From Deltaproteobacteria bacterium (GTDB lineage: Bacteria; Myxococcota; Kuafuiibacteriia; Kuafuiibacteriales; Kuafuiibacteriaceae): DNA of 64,000 bases. Position 1 is the first letter of the stretch; the number at the start of each line of letters is the position of its first letter. The stretch lies in contig JAVJQW010000023.1 in assembly GCA_040218735.1 (NCBI GenBank), forward strand, positions 576,001 through 640,000. The letters run 5' to 3'. The notes under the pieces were generated by a model that had not been told where the DNA came from, did not search any database, and saw only the letters and a program-made list of their open reading frames with translations. This document shows, piece by piece, positions 38,033 to 48,651 of this stretch. The translations under genes and the position numbers were made by a program.

Positions 38033-39254
38033 TCACTCGGGTTGTGGGGCTTCGGGATCACCGCGCTGTGGCGCCGTCGCCGGGTCGCAGGGCGGTGAGA
38101 AGACCACGATCACGCGCCCGCTCATTCGCTTGCTGACGGGATGCGGGCCGCGCTCCCAGAAGACGAGGTCCGGGCGCCCGTCCTGGTCGAAGTCCTCGAC
38201 GCCGACGATGTCCGTGAAGTGAGGCTCGACGAAGGGGTAGTCGCGGGTGATGCGGCACGCGGCGATGGGTCGGGTGGGTTCGGCGCCCGCGAGGTCGAAG
38301 GTGCGAAAGAGCAGCTGCTCCTCGCGGCGCTGGTTCGCGAGCTTGTACGCCACCTGCGCGGCCGAGATCAGCCGGTCTCCGACCACGGTGGTCGTGCCGG
38401 GCTGCGCGTAGTCGTAGAACGTCGGGGCGTCCGGGGGCGGGAAGCCGAGCGCGGCCGACGACGGGATTCGAAGCTCGCGAAGATATCCGGGCAGGGCCAG
38501 GGCCTCTCGCAGCTTCGCTCGACTCACCACCCAGATCGCGCCGAGGCCCGCATCGTAGTCGGAGTACCCGGTCGCGAGCACGAGCAAGTCCGGTTGTCCG
38601 TCGCCGTCGAGGTCTCGCACGACGTCGAAACGGGTGCCGGGGGGTCGTGACGCGCACGGTCAGGCAGTCGCCCGCATCGGGGACAGCGCCCGCGCGAGGG
38701 TCGCAGTAGCGGATAGGCCAGCCACCGTGCAGCACGTGGAGCCGGCCGCCGGGCGCCTCGTAGACGTAGTCGTGGCGGGGCAAGAGGGTTTTCGGAGCTT
38801 CGAGCGTGCGCACCCCCTCGTCCGAGGTGACCGCCCAGGTGCGCCCGGTGAAGCTCGCGAAGCCTGGGCCCGGCAGGGCGACCTGCGTCGGCACCCGCCT
38901 TCCCGCGCCGAGATCGCGCCCCGAGAACAGGCTGAGCGTTTGGCCCTGCTGGATCGCGACGTCCGCGATCCCGTCCCCGTCCGCGTCCTGGAGGGTGACC
39001 GGGCAGGTCGGCGGCCGGTCGCGCAGGGCCACTCCGGTGTCCTCGAGGACGAGCACGCGCTGTCCCTCGGCGTAGGCCTGGGTGCGGGTGTGCAAGTCGT
39101 CCGGCAGAGCGTGGGGCCACGGCGCGGGGCTCACAACGGCTGCGGGGGCCGGCGCGCGCGGCGGCGCTGAGCGGCACGCGGCCAGAAGGCCGAGGACCGC
39201 GAGGGCCCGACGACGCGAATGAGGCCGAAGAAGACATCTGAACTCGAACGCCAT
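38033..39254 (-). pseudogene. FG-GAP/VCBS repeat lipoprotein split by a frameshift
   Basis: Lipobox LLAAC and DADGDGIADV in ORF 38058..39254; DLDGDGQPDL and DFDQDGRPDL in ORF 38033..38620. The frames join at a G6 run (38639-38644). Confidence 0.65.
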
Positions 39255-39441
39255 GAGTCGCTACAATAGATTCCACGCCGACGAGACGTGTCCCCACTGC
39301 CATAGCGACGCGGACCTCGCGTTCCAAGCCGACATCGGTCGCCTCGACTGGAGCGACTACCGACCGAACGAGGCAATCCCGCACGCCCCCGTCACCGAGC
39401 CCGTCGGCCCCGACCCGGGCGTCGACTGGTCGCGCCCTTGA
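39253..39441 (+). pseudogene. Small CxxC zinc-ribbon protein, probably truncated at the islet edge
   Basis: MSRYNRFHADETCPHCHSDADLAFQADIG...; only one CxxC pair; ends just before the att-associated repeat. Confidence 0.4.
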
Positions 39442-39499
39442 ATGAAGCAGACGCTCGACGCGTCACCGCAGAGAGCTCGTAGAGGACCGTCTCTGCCCG

Positions 39500-39830
39500 C
39501 AAGCTACCTTGCAATACCATGACACATTTGTGCCAGACACCCGCGTATACATGAGACAGAAGGCACGCATGACATGGTCTACGCGCCGAGCCGGGAGTCG
39601 ATCGGAGGTCGCCGAAGCTAGAGGATCCCGCGGACCTGCCCGGGTTCAGAGCGACACGAAGCCGATGGGCCCTGTGGGAATCGAACCCACGACCTTGGGA
39701 TAAAGATACTCGCGAGGATCGACGCAAACAGCCGGAACATGTCCGGTTGTTCCCGGGACGGGTGGCGCCTGTGGCAAATGCGTGCCGAGCTTAGGGCCGG
39801 CGCCTCAGATCTGTCCCGCACCGCCTGATT
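39500..39830. repeat. attP-like junction A: integrase-tail remnant + tRNA-Lys(TTT) 3'-half core (39666-39704, degenerate) + arm sequence
   Basis: Similar to 45740-46130 and 52400-52745; core TGGGCCCTGTGGGAATCGAACCCACGACCTTGGGA. Confidence 0.82.
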
Positions 39831-40124
39831 GGCCTTCGCGGCTTCGATGTACGTGCAGATCTGGGTCGCCGACTTGTTCCCGACCGGCCCGGCAACGCCC
39901 GCGTCATCGAACAGCGTGATCCGGCGCCAGGCGAACATCGACACAGCCACTCCCTCCGCGGGAAGCGTTGCGATCCGCGCGAGTAACGCCGACATGTCTA
40001 GCTCCATGAACGCGGTTGTCGCGTGGCTCGTAGGGACGAGATTGATGCTACCGACGACGACTGTGTCATAGGCCGGCTGCGTCACCGCTCGGAATCCCAG
40101 CCGTCGGGGCAGCGCCAGATGACG

Positions 40125-40418
40125 TTATTCCAACGCCCCCTCGGCCTCGAGCCACGCGCGAAGCTCCGCCCGAACCTCGTTGGCCTCCCCCGGACGTCCC
40201 TCACCGAAGTGAATCCAACCTTCCCGGGGTCGCCAGGTCCGAAGGTACTCGGTGATTTCTCCGCGGATCGAAGCAGGGACCGCCGACCAGAGCACGGCGC
40301 GCTCCTCGGAGCCCGCGAGCACGCGCATCACCGCCCACTGGATTTCGTCATCGGTGTAGAGCCCCACATCGTACGCCGCGAGGATTGCCTTCAGGTCTTC
40401 GATCGTTGTCATCGTCAT
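40125..40418 (-). CDS. Putative immunity protein for the upstream RHS toxin
   Basis: 97 aa (MTMTTIEDLKAIL...), ATGA overlap with the RHS stop codon. Confidence 0.65.
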   Translation of the reverse strand: MTMTTIEDLKAILAAYDVGLYTDDEIQWAVMRVLAGSEERAVLWSAVPASIRGEITEYLRTWRPREGWIHFGEGRPGEANEVRAELRAWLEAEGALE

Positions 40419-43400
40419 CCACCGCGCATCTTCTTGACGAGCAGGTTGGCCACATCCCACGCCTGCTCGTGAAGGTTGTTGGCCCAGCCACCGTCCAACC
40501 GATCCGCGATCAGCGCGTTCAATCTCCTCACCTGTATCGCACCTTCCTTGTTGAACAGCTCGCGAAGCGCGTTGATTTCGTGCATCTCGTGCGCGATGTG
40601 GGCGACGATGGCTTCGTCGCTCGTGAGGAGCGACTCGTCGAACCTCACGGGCACACGTCCCGTTCTTTGATGAAGGAAGTCCTCCCAGGTCACCCAGTCG
40701 TCTGGAGCGAAGTCTCTCGTGCGCGTGAAGTACTCGGCCCTGGCGTCCTTCCGTGACCACCGTATGAAGCCGATCGCCAAATCGTCGCCGATCTCCACGC
40801 CGTAGGACTTGGCCAGCTCGAGTGCTTCCTTCGGGGTCCTCCTCACCCCACCTGGGTTGGGCCTGAAATCGAACGCGGGCGCGCGCGCTGCGCCGCCGAG
40901 CCGCGCGCCGCCGCGGAGCTTACCCGCCACGAAACCGAACGCAGCCCCCAACACCTTCGCGACCACTGCTCCGAGCACACCCATCAAGGCTCCGCCGGCC
41001 GTGTCCTTGGCGTACGTCTCCGCGGAGCTGACCTCGCCTCGTGTCGCGTCGTGCAGCGCTCGCATACCCGGCGCGGACAGGGCACCGCTGATCATGCCCT
41101 CCAGGATCAAGCTCCCCCCGCCGTAGGCCGCACCCACCTGACCGGCGGCCGCCATGATGGCCGAGTATCCGACGAGCTTGGCGTTGCCGGTCACGACATC
41201 GTCCATCGCCACATCGAGCCTACGGCCGGATCCGGTGGGCGCGCGTTGCACCTGTCCGATGCTCCCGGCCGCTCCGAATGCCATCCGCGCGCAGAAACTC
41301 TCGGGCGCTCCCGCCTCCGTGCAGACCTTGTATTGCGCCTCTGGCGAAAGTGGCTTGGCCTCCGCCGCCGGATCCGCGGTCGCGTTGGCCACGTGGTCCT
41401 CTCGCCCGTCCGCGTCTCTTCGTGTGACCGGGTTGTTGCCCATCGCGACGTACGCGCTCTTGGACGCGTCTTCGACGGGATCTCTCGACAACCACCGTCC
41501 GAGCCAACTCAAGTAGTAGCGAGCCTGGAACGCGTAGAACCCAGTCTCCTCGTCTCGCTCCTCTCCGGAGTACCGAAAACGTTTGGGTCCTGCGGTCAGA
41601 CCGGAAGCCGTCGCACGATACGAGGTCGACCCGAACGGGAAGTACTCTTCGTAGGTCAGCAGGGGAGCTTGCACCGAAGGTCCGACCTCGACGCCGCTCG
41701 AACCCAGATGATCCGTCAGCGGATAACGTGCGCGTGGCGCAGGTGCCATGGAGATACCGTTGCGAACGGTCGCCGTCTCGACGATCGCGATTCGCTCCGC
41801 GCCGTTCATCACGTGGAGGGTTTCGGTCTGCTCCTGATTCCCGCGACGATAGAACTCCCAACCGTCGAGGTACCGACGCTCTACGACCTCGGTCGTTCGT
41901 CGGACGATCTTTCGAAGACGCAGCCCGCTCTCGTCGTAGACATAGTACGCGTGCCCGCCCCCACCGAGGTCCACCTCGACGAGGCGATCGTCCGCGTCCC
42001 AACTCAGCGGACGCATCCCGACGACCCCAGTCATGTTCCCGTGGCCGTCGTGTGCGTAGGTGTCGAGGTACGTCGGACCGATTGTCGGGTCCACGTAGGT
42101 CGGATGGCTCGACGGGCTCCCGGGTGAGCTCGTCGCGACGAGGTGGTTCGAGTTGAGGGCGTACTGATGACGCCGGCGCCACGCCACCGAGACTCCGCGT
42201 CGGTGTGACGTCTCGAGGATGTTGCCGACGGCGTCGTATCGATAGCGCTCAACGTAGCGTTCCAGCGTCGACGCGTCGTTTGCGTGCGGGAGGCTTCGTC
42301 CAGGGGGGAGGCCGGCGCCGGGTTGCTGCCCCGGATGACAGCGTCCCTCGGCGCGCGTGAGCCGGTGGCGAGCGTCGTACTCGAAGCGGCGGTCGGCCGA
42401 TACGACCGCGTTGTCGAAGAACAGACGTGGCTGCGCTCCGTCGAGGATCGCCACGACGTTTCCGAACGGGTCGTACGTGTACGCGCGATCCTGAAGCAGC
42501 GTCCCGTTCGCCCGACGGCTCGTCACCCCGGCCAAACGCTGACTGTCGCGATCGTAGCTGTAGCTCGTCTCGACTTCGTTCCCGAGCACGACCTGCTCAC
42601 GGCGGCCGAGCGCGTCGTACCGCGACGACCGAAGGTAGGGGACGCGGCCACCGACGCCGTGGTGCTGTACTTCGATGCCTTCGAGCTGCCCCCCGACACC
42701 GTAGCGGTAGTGCGTCGTGCTCTGATCCGGAGCGCGCGCGGACACGACGCGGCCCAGCCCGTCGAGCTTGGACACCGCTCGGTACTCCGTGCGCTCCAGC
42801 GCCGCATCGGCGAGCGTCTCCAGCGCCGCCAGATCCGGCGCCGACGTCAGCGCCGTCCAATCCGCGCCCTGCGCCCACGTACTCCACACCGCCACCGACG
42901 CGGCTGCGTCGGGTGCGGCGCGGAGCCGTCGCGCGACTTCGAGTGTGTTGCCGTCGAAGTCTCGACGAAGCACACGCCGAGCTCCCGCGGCGTCGTACAC
43001 GGCGTAGGCGTGACCCACGCATCGTTGCGCGCGCGCGGTCGCCGTCGGGAGATCGCTGCCGTAGACGACGTGACTTCGGACGACCTCCGCGCCAGCACCG
43101 ACGCGCAGATGTCGACTCACCGGACGCCGTAGACGATCGTACGTCATGCGCCACGCGTGGCCCCGGCTGTCCCACGTGCGTGCGGGTTGCCCGTCGGTCG
43201 CGGGGAGCGTCCACCACGATCCGCCGTCGCACGTCGAGGCGGCCAGCGAACGCCCCAGGAGGTCATACGTCGTCGTCGCGCTCGTGTTGCCGCGCCCGTC
43301 GGTGACCAAGACCGGACGGCCCTCGAGGTCGAGCGTCGACGTCGTGGTGTGAAGGTCGGGCGCCGCGGCGGTTCCGTTATCCTCGTCGATGCGGAACGTG

Positions 43401-43650
43401 CGGCCGAGCGCGTCCACGTGCGCCGTCATCGGCGTATCGGCGTGGACCAATGCAAGCGTGCGCGCGCGCTGCTGCTCGGCGCCTCCCGCCGCCGCCGTTC
43501 GCTCCCAGTCGGAGCCCACGACGGTGTCCGAACGGTCGCGCGTCACGTTCGACCAGGTTCGGTAGTCGATGCGCTCCTCGGTCCCGTCGCAGTACTGCAC
43601 CCGAGCTCGACGCCCGATCGGATCGTAGTGGGAGACCGAAGCCGGACGTG
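40415..43650 (-). pseudogene. 5'-truncated RHS/YD-repeat toxin (TcB-TcC fusion type) with HExxE metallopeptidase-like tip
   Basis: YD repeats, YEEYFPFG...RYSGEERDEETGFY, NPVTRRDADG core end, tip AHEMHEINALR. The frame extends upstream only to ~43663 (HYDPIGRR...), i.e. mid-protein, with no N-terminus. Confidence 0.82.
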
Positions 43651-45086
43651 ACAGTTGGGAGCTCTACCGGCGCCGCGACGACGCGGGAGAGATCGAAGCG
43701 ATCGAGACGCTGCACGTCCACGACGACCTGCGCCGAGTCGCCCTCGTGGAGACGCGAACGCGCCGCGAGCGCGCGGTCGAAGCGACGCCCTCTCCGCGCA
43801 CCCGGTATCAGCTCGACGACCACCTCGGCAGCGCGACGCTCGAGGTGGACGCCTCCGCGCAGGCCCGGGTTCTGACCTACGAGGAGTACGGGCCCTACGG
43901 TGCCGTCACCTACCGCGCGACGCGAGGCGGCGTCGATCTGTCGCCGAAGCGCTACCGCTACACCACGAAGGAGCGGGACGAAGAGACCGGCCTCGACGAC
44001 TTCGGCCAACGCCTCTACGCGAGCTGGCTCGCGCGGTGGGTATCGGCGGATCCCGCGGGGCTCATGGACGGGACGAACGTCTACGCGTACGTACGAGGAT
44101 CGCCGATGAACCTCGTGGACCCGGATGGCCTGGAGGGCGACCTCCCGGTCACGGCCTACCCCGAGCCGCCCAAGGGCGAGGTCAGCGGCGACGGGATTCA
44201 CGTCTTCCCGCACCCCGCCGACGACGGGACGCTGATGTGGCTGAAGCGCGAGGGCGGTCAGACGACGGACGCCGCCACGTTTGCGTTCCTCAACGAGAAC
44301 TACAACGACATCCTCGCGCGGGTCGGCGGCGACGAAGACGTTGCGCGCCGGCTCACGGAGGCCGCGACGGCGTTCAACGACTACATCGAGAGCCGCCTCT
44401 ACGCAGGCGAGAACCCGGTCGACGCGCGGAAGCGCTGGCTCGACGTGAACCTCGCGGAGGCCGCGGTCCACGGGTTCTTCTTCGGCGGGGACCCATCGTC
44501 GCCGGACTACGACGACAGCCGCAGCCTGATCGCCCTGGGCTTCAACCTTCTGCCGACGGCGTTTGCCATGCTGGCCGGGATGCGGAGCCGGCCGCGCCGG
44601 TCGTCACGCCGATCGGCCCGCGTGGTGATGGAGCGTGCGTTCCGCACGAAGGAGGAGTCTCAGGCGCCGGACTCGCGCGGGCTGTTCAAGAACCTGATTC
44701 CGAAGGACAAACCGCAGAGGGTGGAGTTCCAGACCGCCCGAGTCGCCGACGACGGAACGGTCACGGGCTTGACGAAGGTCCCCGATCGCCCGGTCGAGTT
44801 CGTTCGAATGCCGGGCGGCGAGCTTCGAATGGGCCGAGGCGGACACATCGATCTGTCGAACGGCGACCCCGTGAAGTTCGCGGGGCTCATCGAGGTCCGC
44901 CGCCGAGCCGACGGTTCGGTGTACGTCCTGGACTGGAACAACGCATCCGGTCATTACCGACCGGGTGCGGCCTGGGCGCGCCAGGCTGGGCTCCTGATGA
45001 ACAAGTTCAACGATGCGTCGCGAGCCTTCGCGATGTTCCGCAACCCCAATGCGAAGGTCTACCGTCGTTCGCAGCTCGGGAGGTGA
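43650..45086 (+). pseudogene. 5'-truncated RHS core + toxin tip with NxSGHYxP motif
   Basis: Frame reads WELYRRR...ETLHV from ~43655; YEEYGPYG...RYTTKERDEETGL, PMNLVDPDG, tip GHIDLSNGDPVKFAG...WNNASGHYRP. Confidence 0.82.
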
Positions 45087-45487
45087 TGCAAATGGACGAG
45101 AACGAAGCCAAGCTGTTGGCGCGCGTGGCCGCTTGGGCCACGGCACAGTCCGGGCGCCCCGAGGCGCCCGAGGCGTTCCCGGACGAGATTCTCGAGCTCG
45201 CCACCGTCGCACGAGTGCGCTCGCTCCTGGGAATCGAGTTCGGCTACCTCCCGCGGATCGGTCTGCTCTTGCTGTTCGAGCACCTCAAGCCCCCGTACGC
45301 CGAGCTCCGCGACGCCTTTCACGAGGGGCTACGACGGGGGGACGTCAGCGCCATCAAACACGACATTCGCATCCTCGGGCCACACATCCAGCGCCGTGAT
45401 ATCGAGCGGATCCTGGAGGACATCGCGGCGACCGATAACGATCACGCGGACGGCATCGTCTACTGGCTGAACCGGACCCCGCTGTAG
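45086..45487 (+). CDS. Putative immunity protein for the NxSGHYxP toxin
   Basis: 133 aa (MQMDENEAKLL...), TGATG overlap with the toxin stop, GGGAGG RBS. Confidence 0.65.
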   Translation: MQMDENEAKLLARVAAWATAQSGRPEAPEAFPDEILELATVARVRSLLGIEFGYLPRIGLLLLFEHLKPPYAELRDAFHEGLRRGDVSAIKHDIRILGPHIQRRDIERILEDIAATDNDHADGIVYWLNRTPL

Positions 45488-45739
45488 TCCGCCGCGTGAC
45501 TGCCTACGCGACGAGCTCGTCGTGTCAGAGCCCGCAAGGTTGTTCGGCGCGTAGCGCGGGAGCGGGCGCTGGGCGTACCTCGATGACCACGTCGGCGCCC
45601 TCCAACTTGCTACCCGCTGGCGTGGTAGGTCAGCGACGCGACCGGCGGGCCTTGAATCTGTGTCTTCGAGGTCGGCCGGGGGGCGAAGTCGGGCCCGAGG
45701 CCCTCACGGGCCCCCGCCGGCCGCCGCATCACGTCCGGC

Positions 45740-46130
45740 CCGCAAGCTAGCTTGCAAGCTTGTGACACATTTGTGCCAGACACCCGCGTATCCATGAGAC
45801 AGATGGCACGCATGACACGGTCTACGCGCCGAGCCGGGAGTCGATCGAACGTCGCCGAAACGAAAGGGCCCCGCGGACCTGCGCGGGATCAGAGGGGGTC
45901 GCCACCCGAATGGGCCCTGTGGGAATCGAACCCACGACCTTGGGATTAAAAATACTCGCGAGGATCGACGTAAGCATACGGAGTATATGGAGTTGTGACT
46001 TTGAACGGGCGGCGCCTGTGGCAAATGTGTACCGAGCTTCGGGCCGACGGGCTTCGATCGGTCCCGCCCACCGTCCGCACTGTGCAGAGCGCATGGGCGC
46101 GTCCGCGTCCGGTTGGTTTTCGGACGAAGT
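45740..46130. repeat. attP-like junction B with tRNA-Lys(TTT) 3'-half core (45911-45951)
   Basis: Reverse complement of the core is TTTTAATCCCAAGGTCGTGGGTTCGATTCCCACAGGGCCCA (anticodon loop, T-arm, 3' acceptor strand). No tRNA 5' half. Confidence 0.88.
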
Positions 46131-46132
46131 TC

Positions 46133-46522
46133 GATAATCGGACGTTGGCGGACGCCACGGTCCTTACGCACACGACCGCACGCCCGGCACGGCGCTCGCG
46201 TCCGACGGACCGGTGTCCATCGCATGTACCGCCTACGTCCCAGGGACGAATCCAGCCGACGCCCTCGACCGGACCACCGGGTTCCCTGAGCCGCCAACTC
46301 GAGTTGCCGCTCGCTGGCTGATCCCCAAACGGCCTCGCACCATTCTTCAACGTGTCATCGCGTTCATGGACACGTGCGTTCAGCTCCTCCCAACGCGCCA
46401 GCCACAGACTCAACAACAGCCTCAACCGAGAAGGCGTGGCACGCCTTTGGTCGGGATCCATGCCGCCCACCGTCCCCCGCGCCATAGGAATCCGCGGATC
46501 TGCGCTTGAACGCCATATCCGG
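46133..46522 (+). mobile_element. Internally deleted (MITE-like) ISCR/IS91-family element
   Basis: Left end GTTC|GATAATCGGACG; transposase start fused directly to its end (GCCTACGTCC|CAGGGACGAATCC); right end GCGCTTGAACGCCATATCCGG|CCTG. Confidence 0.8.
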
Positions 46523-46671
46523 CCTGAGAGCCCCTCTTGTCCTTCCTATTCCCTTGAGTTTTAGACCATGATTGTATCAAGTATCATCGCGCGTTGGTCG
46601 CGCTGTTAGACTTCTGATTTCTAAAGCCACGCGAGCCCCTATCCTTTCCTCCATGCTTGAAGGCAATTGTC

Positions 46672-48651
46672 GTGCGACTCGAAAGTATCACGCTATCAGG
46701 CTTCCGTTGCTTCGGACCGGAGGCAATCACAATCCCTGTCAGCGCCGAGATCACGACCATTGTCGGCCCCAACGCGGCCGGCAAGACTGCACTGCTCCAG
46801 GCGCTCGCCAAGCTGTTCGGGGTCAGCCGGGCACAGCGCACCATTCATCGGTCGGATTTTCACATCGCCGTTGACGATGACCCAGACGATCGTGAGGCCA
46901 AGAACCTCGTCATCGACGTGCTCGTCGCGTTGCCCGAGCTCAAGGGCGGAACGGCAACGCCCGAAAGCGTTGCACCGTCGTTTCGGCATATGCTGATCGT
47001 GCGCAAAAACAAGGCGCCGGTCTGCCGTCTGCGCCTTGAGGCGCGATGGGAGGACGATGGAACCGTTGAGGGCGAGGTCTCGCAGGAACTTTTCTGGGTC
47101 GACACGCTCGACGATGATCCGAAGGACGACAAGAAGCATGCCACCGCCGCCGCCGATCGCGGCTTGATCCAACTCTACTACACGCCGGCGAACCGCGATG
47201 CTGGCGCACAGGTTCGAGCGACGGCCGGCGCCTTGGCCGCGCGCTTACTCCGCGCGATCGAATGGTCCGACGAGGCCCGCGAGAGCGTCGAGGAAGCGAC
47301 CGAGAGTCTCTCGGACGCCTTCGAGGGAGAAGCTGCGATCACGGCGATTGGCAAGGCGTTGCAGAAGCGCTGGGCGACGCTTCATGACGAGACGGTCGAC
47401 ACCAAACCGCGCTTGAGCCTGGTCAGCCGGCGGTTCGAGGAAGTGGTGAGCAAGATCGCCGTTATCTTCGAACAGGGCCCGGACGGGCGCGAGCGCGGAC
47501 TCGACGCACTCAGTGATGGCCAGCAATCCTTGTTCTACTTCGCTTTGGTCGCCGCCGTGTTCGACATGGAGCGGCAGGTCGCGACAGGTAAGGTAGACGG
47601 GTTCGACAAGGATCACTTGCGTATTCCGGCGTTGTCGGTCTTCGCGCTTGAGGAGCCGGAAAACCACCTGTCGCCATATTTCCTCGCGCGCATCGTTCGC
47701 CAGGTTCGCTCGCTCACTGCGGGGGGCAGCGCGCAGGCGCTCGTCACCAGCCATTCGCCGGCGGTGCTTAGCCGAGTTAAACCAGTCGAGGTGCGCTATT
47801 GCCGGTGTGACCCCGAAACCCGCGAATCCTCGGTCAAGAAGATCAAGCTTCCGACTAACAGGAGCGAGGAAGGCAAGTTCGTTCGCGGCGCGATGATGGC
47901 TTTCCCAGAGCTCTATTTCGCGCGCTTCGTATTGTTGGTCGAAGGCGATTCCGAGCGCGTCGTGCTCCCGCGTCTTGCCGAAGCGCTTGATCTACTGATC
48001 GACCCGGCGTTTGTCGCGATCGTCCCGCTCGGAGGTCGTCACGTCCAGCATTTCTGGCGCCTGCTGTCGCAACTCGACGTTCCCTACGCGACCTTGCTCG
48101 ACCTTGACCTCGGGCGGGCAGGAGGCGGCTTCGGGCGCATCAAGACCGCGATTGAAAAGCTGATCGACATGGGCGCCTCTAAGGCTGAGTTGCTCAACAC
48201 CGACAAAGGTATGTTGACCGATGCGGAGTTTGCAGCCATGCACACTTGGCAGGATGCGAAGAATCGCGAGCTCTTGAGCGGGTGGATCGACTGCCTCAAG
48301 GAACACGGCGTGTACTTTTCGGAGCCGCTCGATCTCGACCTGGCGATGCTCGCCGCCTTCGCCTCCGCCTACGAGGCGGTCATTCCTAAAGGCGGTGGCC
48401 CGAAAAACTCCAAGAAAGCCGCAGAGGCTGTGCTCGGAACCTCGGGGCCGGGAACAACGCTCTATTTGGGCCCATACAAGGATTACCCGCAGCTCTTTTC
48501 GGCCTATCGCTATCATTTCCTGACGCATAGCAAGCCCGTGACACATCTGGCGGCGCTCACGAAGATCAAGGACGGCGAGTTGAAGGCGAACATGCCGCGG
48601 GTGTTGGCGGAGGTTCTCGCTCATATCACGAAGCACCTCAGGCGGGATTGA
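46672..48651 (+). CDS. gajA: OLD-family ATP-dependent nuclease (ABC ATPase + TOPRIM), Gabija GajA-like
   Basis: MRLESITLSGFRCFG, GPNAAGKT, LSDGQQSL, LEEPENHL, VTSHSP, TOPRIM LLVEGDSE...LLDLD. Confidence 0.85.
   Translation: MRLESITLSGFRCFGPEAITIPVSAEITTIVGPNAAGKTALLQALAKLFGVSRAQRTIHRSDFHIAVDDDPDDREAKNLVIDVLVALPELKGGTATPESVAPSFRHMLIVRKNKAPVCRLRLEARWEDDGTVEGEVSQELFWVDTLDDDPKDDKKHATAAADRGLIQLYYTPANRDAGAQVRATAGALAARLLRAIEWSDEARESVEEATESLSDAFEGEAAITAIGKALQKRWATLHDETVDTKPRLSLVSRRFEEVVSKIAVIFEQGPDGRERGLDALSDGQQSLFYFALVAAVFDMERQVATGKVDGFDKDHLRIPALSVFALEEPENHLSPYFLARIVRQVRSLTAGGSAQALVTSHSPAVLSRVKPVEVRYCRCDPETRESSVKKIKLPTNRSEEGKFVRGAMMAFPELYFARFVLLVEGDSERVVLPRLAEALDLLIDPAFVAIVPLGGRHVQHFWRLLSQLDVPYATLLDLDLGRAGGGFGRIKTAIEKLIDMGASKAELLNTDKGMLTDAEFAAMHTWQDAKNRELLSGWIDCLKEHGVYFSEPLDLDLAMLAAFASAYEAVIPKGGGPKNSKKAAEAVLGTSGPGTTLYLGPYKDYPQLFSAYRYHFLTHSKPVTHLAALTKIKDGELKANMPRVLAEVLAHITKHLRRD

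Noticed and set aside
39618-40085. 155-aa minus-strand ORF
   Set aside because: Runs into the att repeat and has no recognisable motif; may be a gene fragment but cannot be supported.
43655-45487. 610-aa ORF as a single gene
   Set aside because: Only the last ~133 codons look like a real protein (immunity); the rest overlaps the RHS frame.
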